Virus record (IMG/VR): IMGVR_UViG_3300044740_000064
Coordinates: 1 to 35,626 of that record
From: a virus
Taxonomy: Duplodnaviria; Caudoviricetes
DNA length: 35,626 bases
Reading direction: 5' to 3' (one strand)
In this document: piece by piece, positions 1 to 8,183 of the stretch
Position numbering within the stretch: the first letter of the stretch is position 1
Layout of the letters: each line of letters opens with the position of its first letter
Translations under genes and position numbers: made by a program
The notes under the pieces: generated by a model
Told to the model about the DNA's origin: nothing
Seen by the model: the letters and a program-made list of their open reading frames with translations, nothing else
Database searches by the model: none

Positions 1-1
1 A

Positions 2-667
2 AAGGATGCGGTTATGTTCCTCGATGATATGGCCTCTCCTGAGCTGAGAAATGCTGCCAAAGAAGCGAAGCTGGCTGGCTTCCAAATGGCGGCTAACCCA
101 CCAGCACCAGGAGAACCAGGACAGGGGCAACAAGCAGGCCAGTCCCCATCTAAGGCTGCTCCACAAGAAGATGAGGAAGAAGAGGAAGAGACGCCACCGG
201 CCAAGCAGAAGCAACCAGCACCCAAACGCGATACGATGGCAGCGCTTGAGCGGCTCATTGAACGGTTAGAGCGACGACTGGGAGAGGAGGATCATCATGG
301 TGGATCACCAGAAGAACCAGGCGTTTTGGGAAGAACTTCAGAAGCTGCCACAGGGGGAGCAGATGCGACTGATTCAGTGGCTCTTGATGACGCGCTTCTA
401 CAGCGGGAACTTTCACAGGAGTGGAGACGCTGGCGACACCGCGCCCTCGACGACATCAAAGCAGGGAAGCCCTTTCGCGGCTTTACCACTACCTTAATTT
501 CACCCGTGATCCACGAGGGCATCTCCAAATCGTTACAGTTGTGCAAGACAGCGGATCATGTGCGAGCCGTGTTCGGGCGGGCTGAGGAGATGATCGATCC
601 TGGGCGGGTGTATGACCCAGTGAGTGATGAGTGGCGGGTGTTTGAGATGATGGAGGGAGCGGCATGA
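2..667 (+). CDS. Probable portal protein, C-terminal part (5' truncated by window edge)
   Basis: Frame is open from base 2. Low-complexity P/Q/E linker, then EWRRWRHRALDDIKAGKPFRGF...VRAVF, a tail type recalled from portal C-termini. Lies upstream of minor head, protease and MCP genes. Portal core not visible. Confidence 0.55.
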   Translation, partial: KDAVMFLDDMASPELRNAAKEAKLAGFQMAANPPAPGEPGQGQQAGQSPSKAAPQEDEEEEEETPPAKQKQPAPKRDTMAALERLIERLERRLGEEDHHGGSPEEPGVLGRTSEAATGGADATDSVALDDALLQRELSQEWRRWRHRALDDIKAGKPFRGFTTTLISPVIHEGISKSLQLCKTADHVRAVFGRAEEMIDPGRVYDPVSDEWRVFEMMEGAA

Positions 668-861
668 CGATGTGCCTCACAAAAGGCTTTGGCCCCTGTT
701 GCTGCCTCAAACCCAAAGTGCGATGGTGTCCGACCTGCCAGGAGTGGATTTGCCGCTCGCTCTCGGAGTATCATCTCTGCTTTGCCCGCATTCGATTCGG
801 CGCAGAGATCATTCATGCGCTGCACGCTCGTATCAAGGCGAAGGAGGTCTCTCATGCCTGA
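664..861 (+). CDS. Small Cys-rich hypothetical protein
   Basis: ATGA overlap with upstream stop, GGAGGGAG RBS, CCC and CPTC motifs. Confidence 0.6.
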   Translation: MTMCLTKGFGPCCCLKPKVRWCPTCQEWICRSLSEYHLCFARIRFGAEIIHALHARIKAKEVSHA

Positions 862-1063
862 GCCAAAGAACCAGCGCAAACCAGCCCGTGCCGTGCTGCC
901 ACAACTCATGAAGTGGCAAGACAATTGTGGATGTCCCATTTGTAGCCAGAACGCCAACCAAGTACGTGCTCAAGGCCAGGCATACCCGTCGGGCCATAAG
1001 TTACCAGCCGTTCACGACGGCTGCACTTGCGAGTTGACCCCCGTAGCACAAGAAGAACAATAG
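854..1063 (+). CDS. Miniature phage minor head protein (SPP1 gp7/Mu gpF-like C-terminal Cys/His domain only), 69 aa
   Basis: AAGGAGG RBS at 841-847, ATG 854; W..CPIC..N...YPSG...PAVHDGCTC resembles the MuF CxxC...PxHxNCRC motif; position after portal. Confidence 0.7.
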   Translation: MPEPKNQRKPARAVLPQLMKWQDNCGCPICSQNANQVRAQGQAYPSGHKLPAVHDGCTCELTPVAQEEQ

Positions 1064-1073
1064 AGGAAAAGAC

Positions 1074-1370
1074 ATGGAATCAGAGAGACTTGTATCGTTA
1101 CAGAGCCTGATAGAAGGACAAATCGTCCATTTTGTTCAGCAACTCCCTGGACAGGTAGGGACAACAGAATATGCGGCTCTCGTTTCAAGGGTCCATCAGG
1201 AGCATCATCCAGAGGACTATCCTGCTGGCTCAATCGAGGCCGCTGGTGATCGACATGAGGCAGGCGACGTAACACTTTTTGCCTTCATGGAAAATAGCCC
1301 TGTCGTCGTCCACAACGTCCCCTATTCGCCTTTCAAACATCCCAATACTTGGCATTGGATGGAAGCATGA
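1074..1370 (+). CDS. Phage hypothetical protein (GQIVHFV...AALVSRV...TWHW type)
   Basis: GAGG RBS; motif pattern recalled from common small phage proteins; ATGA-coupled to next gene. Confidence 0.75.
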   Translation: MESERLVSLQSLIEGQIVHFVQQLPGQVGTTEYAALVSRVHQEHHPEDYPAGSIEAAGDRHEAGDVTLFAFMENSPVVVHNVPYSPFKHPNTWHWMEA

Positions 1371-1774
1371 GCCTAGAGCCGATCATCAATCAGCTTATCC
1401 AGGAGACACAGGCAGACACCAACCTCATCTCCGATGGCTATCATACCTTTGGGGAGTTATACGCGCATCGAATTGCTTTGTTTATTGCTTTATGCAAGGC
1501 CATTGATGAGCATGAGAGCTTTCTCATTAAAAGCGGAAAGCTAAACCTCAGCCGGATAACCGTGTGGAGATCACAACGGCATTCCGATGGAGAACTTGCC
1601 TTTGGTGGAGGATGGTTTATCTTGGGCATTTGGCAAGAGCCTGGCAAACAAATCACCTATCATCTTCCTCTTTCGGAGTGGGATAAGACAGACTTTGCCG
1701 TGACTCTTGAGAAAGCGCCGAAGTTCGATGGGCATACTCCTACCGATGTTGTGACGAGATTAGGGAGGCTATAG
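1367..1774 (+). CDS. WDGH-domain-like phage protein
   Basis: ISDGYHTFGELYAHR...WRS..HSDG...WFILGI...QITYHL...APKFDGHT motif series; ATGA overlap start. Confidence 0.75.
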   Translation: MSLEPIINQLIQETQADTNLISDGYHTFGELYAHRIALFIALCKAIDEHESFLIKSGKLNLSRITVWRSQRHSDGELAFGGGWFILGIWQEPGKQITYHLPLSEWDKTDFAVTLEKAPKFDGHTPTDVVTRLGRL

Positions 1775-1775
1775 C

Positions 1776-2090
1776 ATGAACGAATTGATAGAAGAGAGAA
1801 TGGAGCGCTTACAACAGTGTACCGAGGTTCAGTGCCGTGACGGGAACTGGAACTGGGACGCCTACATGATGGGACTAGCCAATGGGCTGATCCTGGCTGA
1901 GCATATTATCTTTGACCGTGAAGGGGAACCGGCCTACAAGAGCGCACCAGAGGAATGGCGCAAAGATCGCTGTCCCTGGATGAAGGAAGCAGAGAAGCCT
2001 CGTGAATGGATGAAGGAAGCAGAGAAGCCTCTCTTTCCAGACGTATCCACTCAGATCATTACAGAGGAATATCAGGATGCTACGCTCTGA
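1776..2090 (+). CDS. Phage hypothetical protein (GNWNWDAYMMGLANGLILA motif)
   Basis: GGGAGG RBS; starts 1 nt after previous stop. Confidence 0.75.
   Translation: MNELIEERMERLQQCTEVQCRDGNWNWDAYMMGLANGLILAEHIIFDREGEPAYKSAPEEWRKDRCPWMKEAEKPREWMKEAEKPLFPDVSTQIITEEYQDATL
1977..2031 (+). repeat. Direct repeat, 2 x 25 bp (TGGATGAAGGAAGCAGAGAAGCCTC), 30-bp period, in frame
   Basis: Exact copies at 1977-2001 and 2007-2031, encoding WMKEAEKP twice. Confidence 0.95.
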
Positions 2091-2319
2091 ACTCACCGAT
2101 GAGGACGCTACTCGCATTCTTGCCGGTCATGCTCGCAATATGGTTGCAGCCCCTGGTGTCACCTTCTCCCCCTGGCGACATCTGGACCTGTCTTATCAAG
2201 ATGGCATGCTCTGTCTCGTGCAAGGCAATGGAGTGCGGTCACTCTTTCCAGTGGAAGAGGTCTATGGAAGTACGGATGAGGAATTAGCGCAAAGGATTTT
2301 GAAAGGGATTGGCCAATGA
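2077..2319 (+). CDS. Hypothetical protein
   Basis: GAGGA RBS; overlaps upstream stop; ATGA coupling to next gene. Confidence 0.65.
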   Translation: MLRSELTDEDATRILAGHARNMVAAPGVTFSPWRHLDLSYQDGMLCLVQGNGVRSLFPVEEVYGSTDEELAQRILKGIGQ

Positions 2320-2633
2320 GTGAGCAACGTTGCCCCATTTGTGGCAAACGCTATGGATATCCCAAGCATACCAAACGGTATGAAACTGAGGCGGGTGCAG
2401 TCACGGTGAATTTCTACGTGACCAACCACACGGAGCCGATCTGTCAGGGACATAGGATCCATGATGGGCTGCTCGTCGATGATGAAGAGAACTCTTCTCG
2501 ACCTGCTCCCTATGGAATATCTGCCATTGAGCGGCTCATGAGACTGGCTGAGAAAGACTTGCCTGGCGAAGAGGAGCAGGTTGCCATCCCCCAAGCCTTC
2601 TATGACGCCTTTGCTGACGAAGAAGAGATTTGA
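2316..2633 (+). CDS. Hypothetical protein with N-terminal CPICG motif and acidic tail
   Basis: ATGA overlap; operon continuity. Confidence 0.7.
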   Translation: MSEQRCPICGKRYGYPKHTKRYETEAGAVTVNFYVTNHTEPICQGHRIHDGLLVDDEENSSRPAPYGISAIERLMRLAEKDLPGEEEQVAIPQAFYDAFADEEEI

Positions 2634-2644
2634 AAGGAGCACTT

Positions 2645-2908
2645 ATGCGCTGCCCCCATTGCGGCAACGAAATCATCCGACCGACACCGTTGGACTTCAC
2701 GGGACCAGATCTAACTACATTCAACCCGTTGACGGTCAATCTGACAGCCGGATGCTCAGCCACGTACCCGACCACTATCACTTTTAATGGCACCAATCTC
2801 CCCATTACCTGGACATTTGATGAGAGAGGGAATCGGATAGGGCATTCACCCCCAGTCCCACCTATTATTGACTCAACCATAGAAGAGAAAGAGCAGGATC
2901 AAGAATGA
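2645..2908 (+). CDS. Hypothetical protein with N-terminal CPHCG motif
   Basis: AAAGGAG RBS before ATG 2645; ATGA coupling to next gene. Confidence 0.7.
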   Translation: MRCPHCGNEIIRPTPLDFTGPDLTTFNPLTVNLTAGCSATYPTTITFNGTNLPITWTFDERGNRIGHSPPVPPIIDSTIEEKEQDQE

Positions 2909-3285
2909 GTACAGCAACAAAGCTTCCTTTGGGAAGCACGAGAGAAACTATCCCCTTCTCATCAGAAAGCCAACCACCCACGCTTCATGACCTGTCCGAA
3001 GCCGCCTGGCAACGCCTCGAACTCCTCATTACGCGCAACATCGAATTCGCTGTGCGCCGTCTTGTCGAGGAGTTCATGCTGGCCCGCAATCCCTTGCCTG
3101 TCGTCCCACAGGCGGAACATCACAAGCCCACACAAGAGAGGGTGAAGGGACAAGAGGCAGCACAAGCACCAAAAGCAGAGGAGATCACCGCAGACGAGGA
3201 GCAATCTGTCCCACGACCGCGCCGGTATCTTTATGGCCGGTATCAAATCCAGGACAAGGAAGGCAAGTGGGTATGGGAGGACTAA
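2905..3285 (+). CDS. Hypothetical protein
   Basis: ATGA overlap; 126 aa; operon continuity. Confidence 0.7.
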   Translation: MSTATKLPLGSTRETIPFSSESQPPTLHDLSEAAWQRLELLITRNIEFAVRRLVEEFMLARNPLPVVPQAEHHKPTQERVKGQEAAQAPKAEEITADEEQSVPRPRRYLYGRYQIQDKEGKWVWED

Positions 3286-3353
3286 CCCCCGAACGTATCA
3301 GCTTCCAAGATAGCATACGGATTAGACCGTTAAGTAGCGAGGGAGAGCAGAAT

Positions 3354-3542
3354 ATGGCAGAGCAGCAGACATTACCGGGATTGCCAATAGTGTGTCCCAT
3401 CTGGAAGTCAACTATAGTGAGAGTTATCGCGGACGGATTAGAGATAAAGTGTAAGAGTTGCAGAGGATTGCGGCATATCGTGAGCAGGGTGGAACTGGAA
3501 CAGAAATGGAAAGAGCTTGCTGCACAAGAGGCCGCCAAATAG
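3354..3542 (+). CDS. Small Zn-ribbon-like protein (Mu Com-like LEIKCxxC)
   Basis: GAGGGAG RBS; IVCPIW...GLEIKCKSCRG; the first CxxC is degenerate (CPIW). Confidence 0.55.
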   Translation: MAEQQTLPGLPIVCPIWKSTIVRVIADGLEIKCKSCRGLRHIVSRVELEQKWKELAAQEAAK

Positions 3543-3562
3543 CAGGACGTAGCTTGAGTCTA

Positions 3563-3631
3563 TGCTGCTAGCGGGAATCGAACCCGCGTCCTCCCTACCA
3601 CGGGGCGGCTATAGCTCAGAGCTATAGCAGA
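3563..3631 (-). tRNA. Degenerate/pseudo tRNA, most like tRNA-Thr(GGU)
   Basis: Minus strand TCTGCTATAGCTCTGAGCTATAGCCGCCCCGTGGTAGGGAGGACGCGGGTTCGATTCCCGCTAGCAGCA. Acceptor CTGCTA/TAGCAG, perfect T arm GCGGG-TTCGATT-CCCGC, T-GGT-A in the central loop. D arm and anticodon stem are aberrant; no encoded CCA. Confidence 0.65.
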
Positions 3632-3706
3632 CCATTCGGCTACTGATAGGTCGGTGCATCAACCCTACGTTCACCTAGACATCTGTATGCACCAGACGCC
3701 ATAAGC

Positions 3707-3744
3707 ATCATAGCAGAGATGTCAATTGCCCGATGTGCTATCAT
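3707..3744. promoter_or_regulatory. Divergent pair of putative extended -10 promoters
   Basis: Minus TGCTATGAT (3707-3715) points to the tRNA-like RNA; plus TGCTATCAT (3736-3744) points to yopX. Confidence 0.45.
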
Positions 3745-3765
3745 GGAGGCAAAAGGGGGCAAAGC

Positions 3766-4113
3766 ATGAACCGAGAGATCAAGTTTCAGTTCTGGAACCG
3801 AGAGACACACGAGATGCTCACCTGGGAAGATGTTCTCGTGGAAGAACTCGATGGCGTCGGTGTCTACTTCAATTGGCCACAGCGCTATACCCCGCGTGAG
3901 TACACAGGACGAGTTGACAAGAACAAGCGTGAGGTCTACGAGGGAGATATTGTCGATCTGCACGGGCATCGTGGCGTGATTGTCTGGGACTTCCCCGTTG
4001 ATGGCTGGCGTCTCTCCATGCATCATCAAATGCTCATGACGGATCAGGAGATGGTGGTCATCGGGAATCGATGGGAAACCCCTCATCTCCTATCAAGTGA
4101 GGAGAACGCATGA
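3766..4113 (+). CDS. YopX family protein
   Basis: MNREIKFQFW...YTGRVDKNKREVYEGDIV...VIGNRWETPHLL matches the YopX signature. Confidence 0.9.
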   Translation: MNREIKFQFWNRETHEMLTWEDVLVEELDGVGVYFNWPQRYTPREYTGRVDKNKREVYEGDIVDLHGHRGVIVWDFPVDGWRLSMHHQMLMTDQEMVVIGNRWETPHLLSSEENA

Positions 4114-4307
4114 GCGAACAAGACCAACAAGAAGCCCTAATTGCCTACCTGCTTCATCTGGCCTCGCGCATCAGCGACTTGGAGGAGCAGGTGGAGTCTC
4201 TCACTCACCACTGGCACCAAGGGATGTCTCAGCCGTTCATGCGAGCACGCCAATCGGAGCATGATACTCAGCCGTTGGAAGAGCAGGGCGCAATTGCTGA
4301 TTTCTGA
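4110..4307 (+). CDS. Small coiled-coil hypothetical protein
   Basis: GAGGAG RBS, ATGA overlap; LASRISDLEEQVESL heptads. Confidence 0.7.
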   Translation: MSEQDQQEALIAYLLHLASRISDLEEQVESLTHHWHQGMSQPFMRARQSEHDTQPLEEQGAIADF

Positions 4308-4345
4308 CCAGAATACGAACTTGCTCCGGCTCATGATGTGCTTGC

Positions 4346-4374
4346 TTGCAATAGTTCGCCTTTGCTGCTATACT
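4346..4374 (+). promoter_or_regulatory. Sigma70-type promoter upstream of protease-capsid genes
   Basis: TTGCAA-17 bp-TATACT with TGn extension, intergenic. Confidence 0.7.
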
Positions 4375-4419
4375 AGCAACAAGTAAGTAGAATACAGGCT
4401 GCTAAACCAGCAGAGTTGC

Positions 4420-4460
4420 AAGGCCATCAACCCAAGATGTTGGGGAGGATGGCTTTCTTT
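4420..4460 (+). terminator. Leader hairpin plus T-tract overlapping the protease RBS (possible attenuator)
   Basis: GCCATC-AA-CCCAA-GATG-TTGGG-GAG-GATGGC followed by TTTCTTT directly before ATG 4461. Confidence 0.45.
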
Positions 4461-6236
4461 ATGCCTCAAACTACCGCACAGACCTTCGAGGCCGATATCC
4501 TCCAAGCACTGTCTCGCTGTGGGATTGATCCCGAAGTGCTCAGTGCTGAAGAGGCAGAAATCGCCCGCCGGTACTTTTCCCAAAAGGAAAGGGACTCGAT
4601 GCCAGAGAGTTCCTTTTGTGGTCCAGGGAAGAGTTTCCCAATCACCTCGCAAGCTGATGTAAATAACGCTGCTCGTCTCATCGGACATGCAGACAACCCC
4701 GACGCTGTAAAAGCTTGCATCAAGCGCAAAGCCAAAGCAAACGGGTGGTCCATACCAGATGCATGGAAAAGTGATTCAGATTCCGACTCATCCGACGACG
4801 GAGACCGTCTCGCATCCCCTGTCCTCATCCGTGCCGATGGCTCCCACGACCCCATGACCGGCACCCATTCCCACGCGCACAAAGCCTTCGGCGCATCCGG
4901 CGGCGACGACCTGCACGCCCACAAGCACTCTCATAATGACGATGCTAACCACGACCATTCCCACGCGAAAGCCGATGACTCCGATGGTGACGGCGATGAA
5001 GAGCGTGCAGCAGAACCTGTCGAGCGGGTGACGATGCCAGAACACCCTCATCTCTATCTCCCCATTACCAGGATCGATAACGATAAGTGGGAGGTGGAAG
5101 GTGTCGCTACCTCTGAAGCAGTAGACACCTACGGCACCGTCTTCAGCTATGAAGCCTCAAAAGCCGCGTTCCAGAAGTGGGTCAATCGCACGGCCAACGT
5201 CCGTGAGATGCACCAGAAAATGGCAGTGGGCAAAGGCATCGGTGTCTTCTTCGACGATGCCAATCGCCAGGTCATTGTACGCAGCCGTGTGAGCAAGGGA
5301 GCAAAAGATACCTGGCTCAAAGTGCAGGAAGGTGTCCTGACTGGCTACTCAGTAGGTGCAATCAATCCCGTGTGGGAAACTGTTGAGCGGAATGGCAAAA
5401 CCTATCCGTATCTGACCAGTTACGATCTGACAGAACTCTCCCTGGTTGACAATCCCAGTAATCCAGATAGTTTCCAACTCAGCATCTGTCGTGCAGATGG
5501 TCTTACCGATGTGATTGAGGTGGAGGTAGAACAACCCACAGGCTCAATAGTCCAACCCACACCAGAAGCTGTGGAGCGCAAAGGTGCACGCATTAGTGCC
5601 GATACCCGCGCTCAACTTCACAGCACCATTGACTCTCTCAAGAAAACCTGTGGATGTGATGAGTGTATGGGGGAGACAGATGGTGATGGGGACAAGGATG
5701 AGGATGACGGTGAGCGTGTCGCCAAGATGACCGAAGAGCTTCTCAAGTCTACCGTTGAGAAGGTCATTGAGCGCGTGCTCTCTCCCATCTACAGCAGACA
5801 ACAACAATTCCTTGCGAGACTCGCACAGGCTCAACCAGAAGAGCCTGAACCCCTCGCAGCCCAACCCGACCAGATAACCCCCTTAGTGGCGCAAGTGACA
5901 ACCCTTCAGACCACAGTAGAACGCATGGCGCAGAGCCTGGAAAAGTCCTCGTTCCTTGACGAAGTACGCGCTGAACTGTCAGCGGTAAAAGGCCAAGTTG
6001 AGCGAATAGCTGCCCAGCCGATGCCAGGCGGTCCTGTCATGAACGGTGCTCCGATGCCACGTCCCGTAGCTAACAAAATGTTAGCAACTGACAACAGTGC
6101 CCCAACCATGCAGCCACGAGATATGAGCGCTGTACTCGATCTGCTTCAGGAAAAGGGCATTTTAGATACACTCGACAAGCAAGTTCAAGCCGCGTCCCTC
6201 ATGGTGCAACCCATGCGTGGGCGTGTTGGAGGATAG
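4461..6236 (+). CDS. Prohead maturation protease fused to N-terminal accessory/His-rich region and C-terminal coiled-coil scaffold
   Basis: VEGVATSEAVD...NVREMH...WLKVQEGVLTGYSVG...LTELSLVDNPSNP (HK97-type prohead protease motifs); directly upstream of MCP. Start could also be 4449. Confidence 0.88.
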   Translation: MPQTTAQTFEADILQALSRCGIDPEVLSAEEAEIARRYFSQKERDSMPESSFCGPGKSFPITSQADVNNAARLIGHADNPDAVKACIKRKAKANGWSIPDAWKSDSDSDSSDDGDRLASPVLIRADGSHDPMTGTHSHAHKAFGASGGDDLHAHKHSHNDDANHDHSHAKADDSDGDGDEERAAEPVERVTMPEHPHLYLPITRIDNDKWEVEGVATSEAVDTYGTVFSYEASKAAFQKWVNRTANVREMHQKMAVGKGIGVFFDDANRQVIVRSRVSKGAKDTWLKVQEGVLTGYSVGAINPVWETVERNGKTYPYLTSYDLTELSLVDNPSNPDSFQLSICRADGLTDVIEVEVEQPTGSIVQPTPEAVERKGARISADTRAQLHSTIDSLKKTCGCDECMGETDGDGDKDEDDGERVAKMTEELLKSTVEKVIERVLSPIYSRQQQFLARLAQAQPEEPEPLAAQPDQITPLVAQVTTLQTTVERMAQSLEKSSFLDEVRAELSAVKGQVERIAAQPMPGGPVMNGAPMPRPVANKMLATDNSAPTMQPRDMSAVLDLLQEKGILDTLDKQVQAASLMVQPMRGRVGG

Positions 6237-6243
6237 ATAGAGA

Positions 6244-7986
6244 ATGGCAATAGATACCGCTTTGGTGCCTGCTGGTGCGAAGCATTCAGTAGGGAACACC
6301 AAGCAGGCTGTCGGTGTCATTGAAGAGGGCATGGTCCCGAATGGGGAACTCCTTCAGAGACAAGCCGACGCCGTGGCGAAGAATATAGAGGGTGCCGTCG
6401 CCTGGCACAATGGGCAGGAGTTTCCCGCAGAACTCACCCGCATGGTTGAGGAGAACGCCTATCGTGGCGTGACGAACTTGAACCAGGAAACGATCCGGGC
6501 TTTACAGCAGGGGACGATCACCCGCGATCAGGCGTTCGTAGGAAATAACGCCAATTTTACCGGCTATTACTTAGAGCCGGCGGCGAAATATGTTATTCCT
6601 CAGCTTACACCACTCAGGAATATGACGCCACGTGTAGCTGGGGTTGGCATAGATACCATCAACTGGCGTGCCATCACCGACTACTTCGGTGGTTCTGGTC
6701 CAAGCGTAGCAACCGCAGCACTACAGCAGCAATCGACGCCCACCTCCCTGACGTACAACTGGGTCAACGCATCCAACGTCATGAAGATGCTGAGTGTGAA
6801 GGACGTGGTGACATTCGAGGCAGAACTGTATGGTCGCATGTTCCAGGGCGATGTCAGAGCGACCGTTGCCGCCAAGCTCATTCCCGCTCTGATGCAAGAG
6901 CAAGAGTTCTGGATGATTAACAGCGGACAGAAGCTCTGGACGCCTCCACCTCCCTCGAATATCAGTACTGCTACCACAGGCGGCACGATTACCGCTGGCA
7001 CGTACTGGTTTGCAGTGACTGCCGTCAATGCCAATGGTGAGACGCTCGCTGATGGGGGATCGACTCCTACACTGCTCAGTGTCACAACGACCGGAAGTAC
7101 GAGCACAATCACCTTCAACATCTTCCGTGTCCCCAGTGCGACGAAGTACAACGTCTACTGTGGTTCTGGCAATAGCGCACCGGCCAATACCGCCTTATGG
7201 TTGCAGAGTGCAACCACACAGTTCGGTGGTGCCTCAGCACTAAATGACACAGGTGGTCTCTCTCAGGGCTACATCACCGTCACGATGACGGCTCCTCCTG
7301 CTGGTAGTGGCACGGCCTATAGTACCGTTGTTTCAGCAGGCAACACCGCGATTGTGGTGAAGTCTACCGACTCGAATACACTGAACCTGCCTCTCACGTA
7401 TGATGGCGCACAGAGCCTCATCTATGTGAATAGAGGCTCCCCTTCGACCTTAGGTGTTGGTGGTGAGACACCGTTCATCAGGCAGCCAGCAGCGGCGAAT
7501 GGCTCACTTGCTCTGTCGGATATGGACAAGCTCCTGGAAGACATGTTCCTGAACAGCCACGCTGATCCTGACTACATCTTCACGAGCATCAAGGATCACA
7601 AGAAATTGACGTACCTTGTGGCTCAGGGCACCAACTTCCGCGTGAATGTGGACATGGATAATGGGGGCGGCCTCTCGCAACTGATTGCTGGACAGCGTGT
7701 TACACGTTACATAAATCAAACGACTGGGAAGCTAATCGATATAGTTATGCTTCCATACATGATGCAAGGCACGATCATGGTGGGGAGTTTTACGATCCCG
7801 TTCCCAGTGTCTGCATTTACGTCACCAATTTTTAGGTGCGAGTACAACCGTGACATGTGGGCCGTCGAGTACCCACCAGATCAATCGCATTATACGCAGT
7901 GGGCGTATTCAGCATTTGTCAATGAAACGATTGTTAATCAATTTCTTGGCGGATGGGCGCTGATGTCAGGTATCAGTACCATCTAG
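6244..7986 (+). CDS. Major capsid protein with internal FN3/Ig-like insertion
   Basis: Follows protease; YYLEPAAKYVIPQLTPLRNMTPRV N-region; 580 aa; central TYWFAVTAVNANGET...ATKYNVY beta-sandwich. Confidence 0.82.
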   Translation: MAIDTALVPAGAKHSVGNTKQAVGVIEEGMVPNGELLQRQADAVAKNIEGAVAWHNGQEFPAELTRMVEENAYRGVTNLNQETIRALQQGTITRDQAFVGNNANFTGYYLEPAAKYVIPQLTPLRNMTPRVAGVGIDTINWRAITDYFGGSGPSVATAALQQQSTPTSLTYNWVNASNVMKMLSVKDVVTFEAELYGRMFQGDVRATVAAKLIPALMQEQEFWMINSGQKLWTPPPPSNISTATTGGTITAGTYWFAVTAVNANGETLADGGSTPTLLSVTTTGSTSTITFNIFRVPSATKYNVYCGSGNSAPANTALWLQSATTQFGGASALNDTGGLSQGYITVTMTAPPAGSGTAYSTVVSAGNTAIVVKSTDSNTLNLPLTYDGAQSLIYVNRGSPSTLGVGGETPFIRQPAAANGSLALSDMDKLLEDMFLNSHADPDYIFTSIKDHKKLTYLVAQGTNFRVNVDMDNGGGLSQLIAGQRVTRYINQTTGKLIDIVMLPYMMQGTIMVGSFTIPFPVSAFTSPIFRCEYNRDMWAVEYPPDQSHYTQWAYSAFVNETIVNQFLGGWALMSGISTI

Positions 7987-8061
7987 TACCTGCTCAGACT
8001 AGCTTGGAAAAGGTCCGAGAACCTCTTCCACATTGGCACCTGAACAAAAGAATAGTAAGAG

Positions 8062-8183
8062 TGATATAATAGCATTGGCTGTCTAGTCGTGGTCTGATCA
8101 ACCAGGCGAAAAGTGAGTAAGCCTTGCTCACCTGACAGCCGCCACCACACAAGGCTCAACTAAACGAGAGGCGGTTTAGAACA
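8062..8183 (+). promoter_or_regulatory. Extended -10 promoter and structured 5' leader of the GIY-YIG gene
   Basis: TGATATAAT 8062-8070; GGCTGTC(8077-8083)/GACAGCC(8134-8140) stem enclosing two hairpins; loop AGCCTTG complementary to CAAGGCT at 8150-8156. Confidence 0.65.

Noticed and set aside
3594-3606. Reading the tRNA-like anticodon as TGG (Pro)
   Set aside because: Would put G at position 33 and T at 37; GGT (Thr) retains U33/A37 and fits the acceptor stem better.
8090-8112. CTGATCA...CGAAA resembling a hammerhead ribozyme core
   Set aside because: The core needs CUGAnGA; here it is CTGATCA inside a hairpin loop, and the stem arrangement does not fit.
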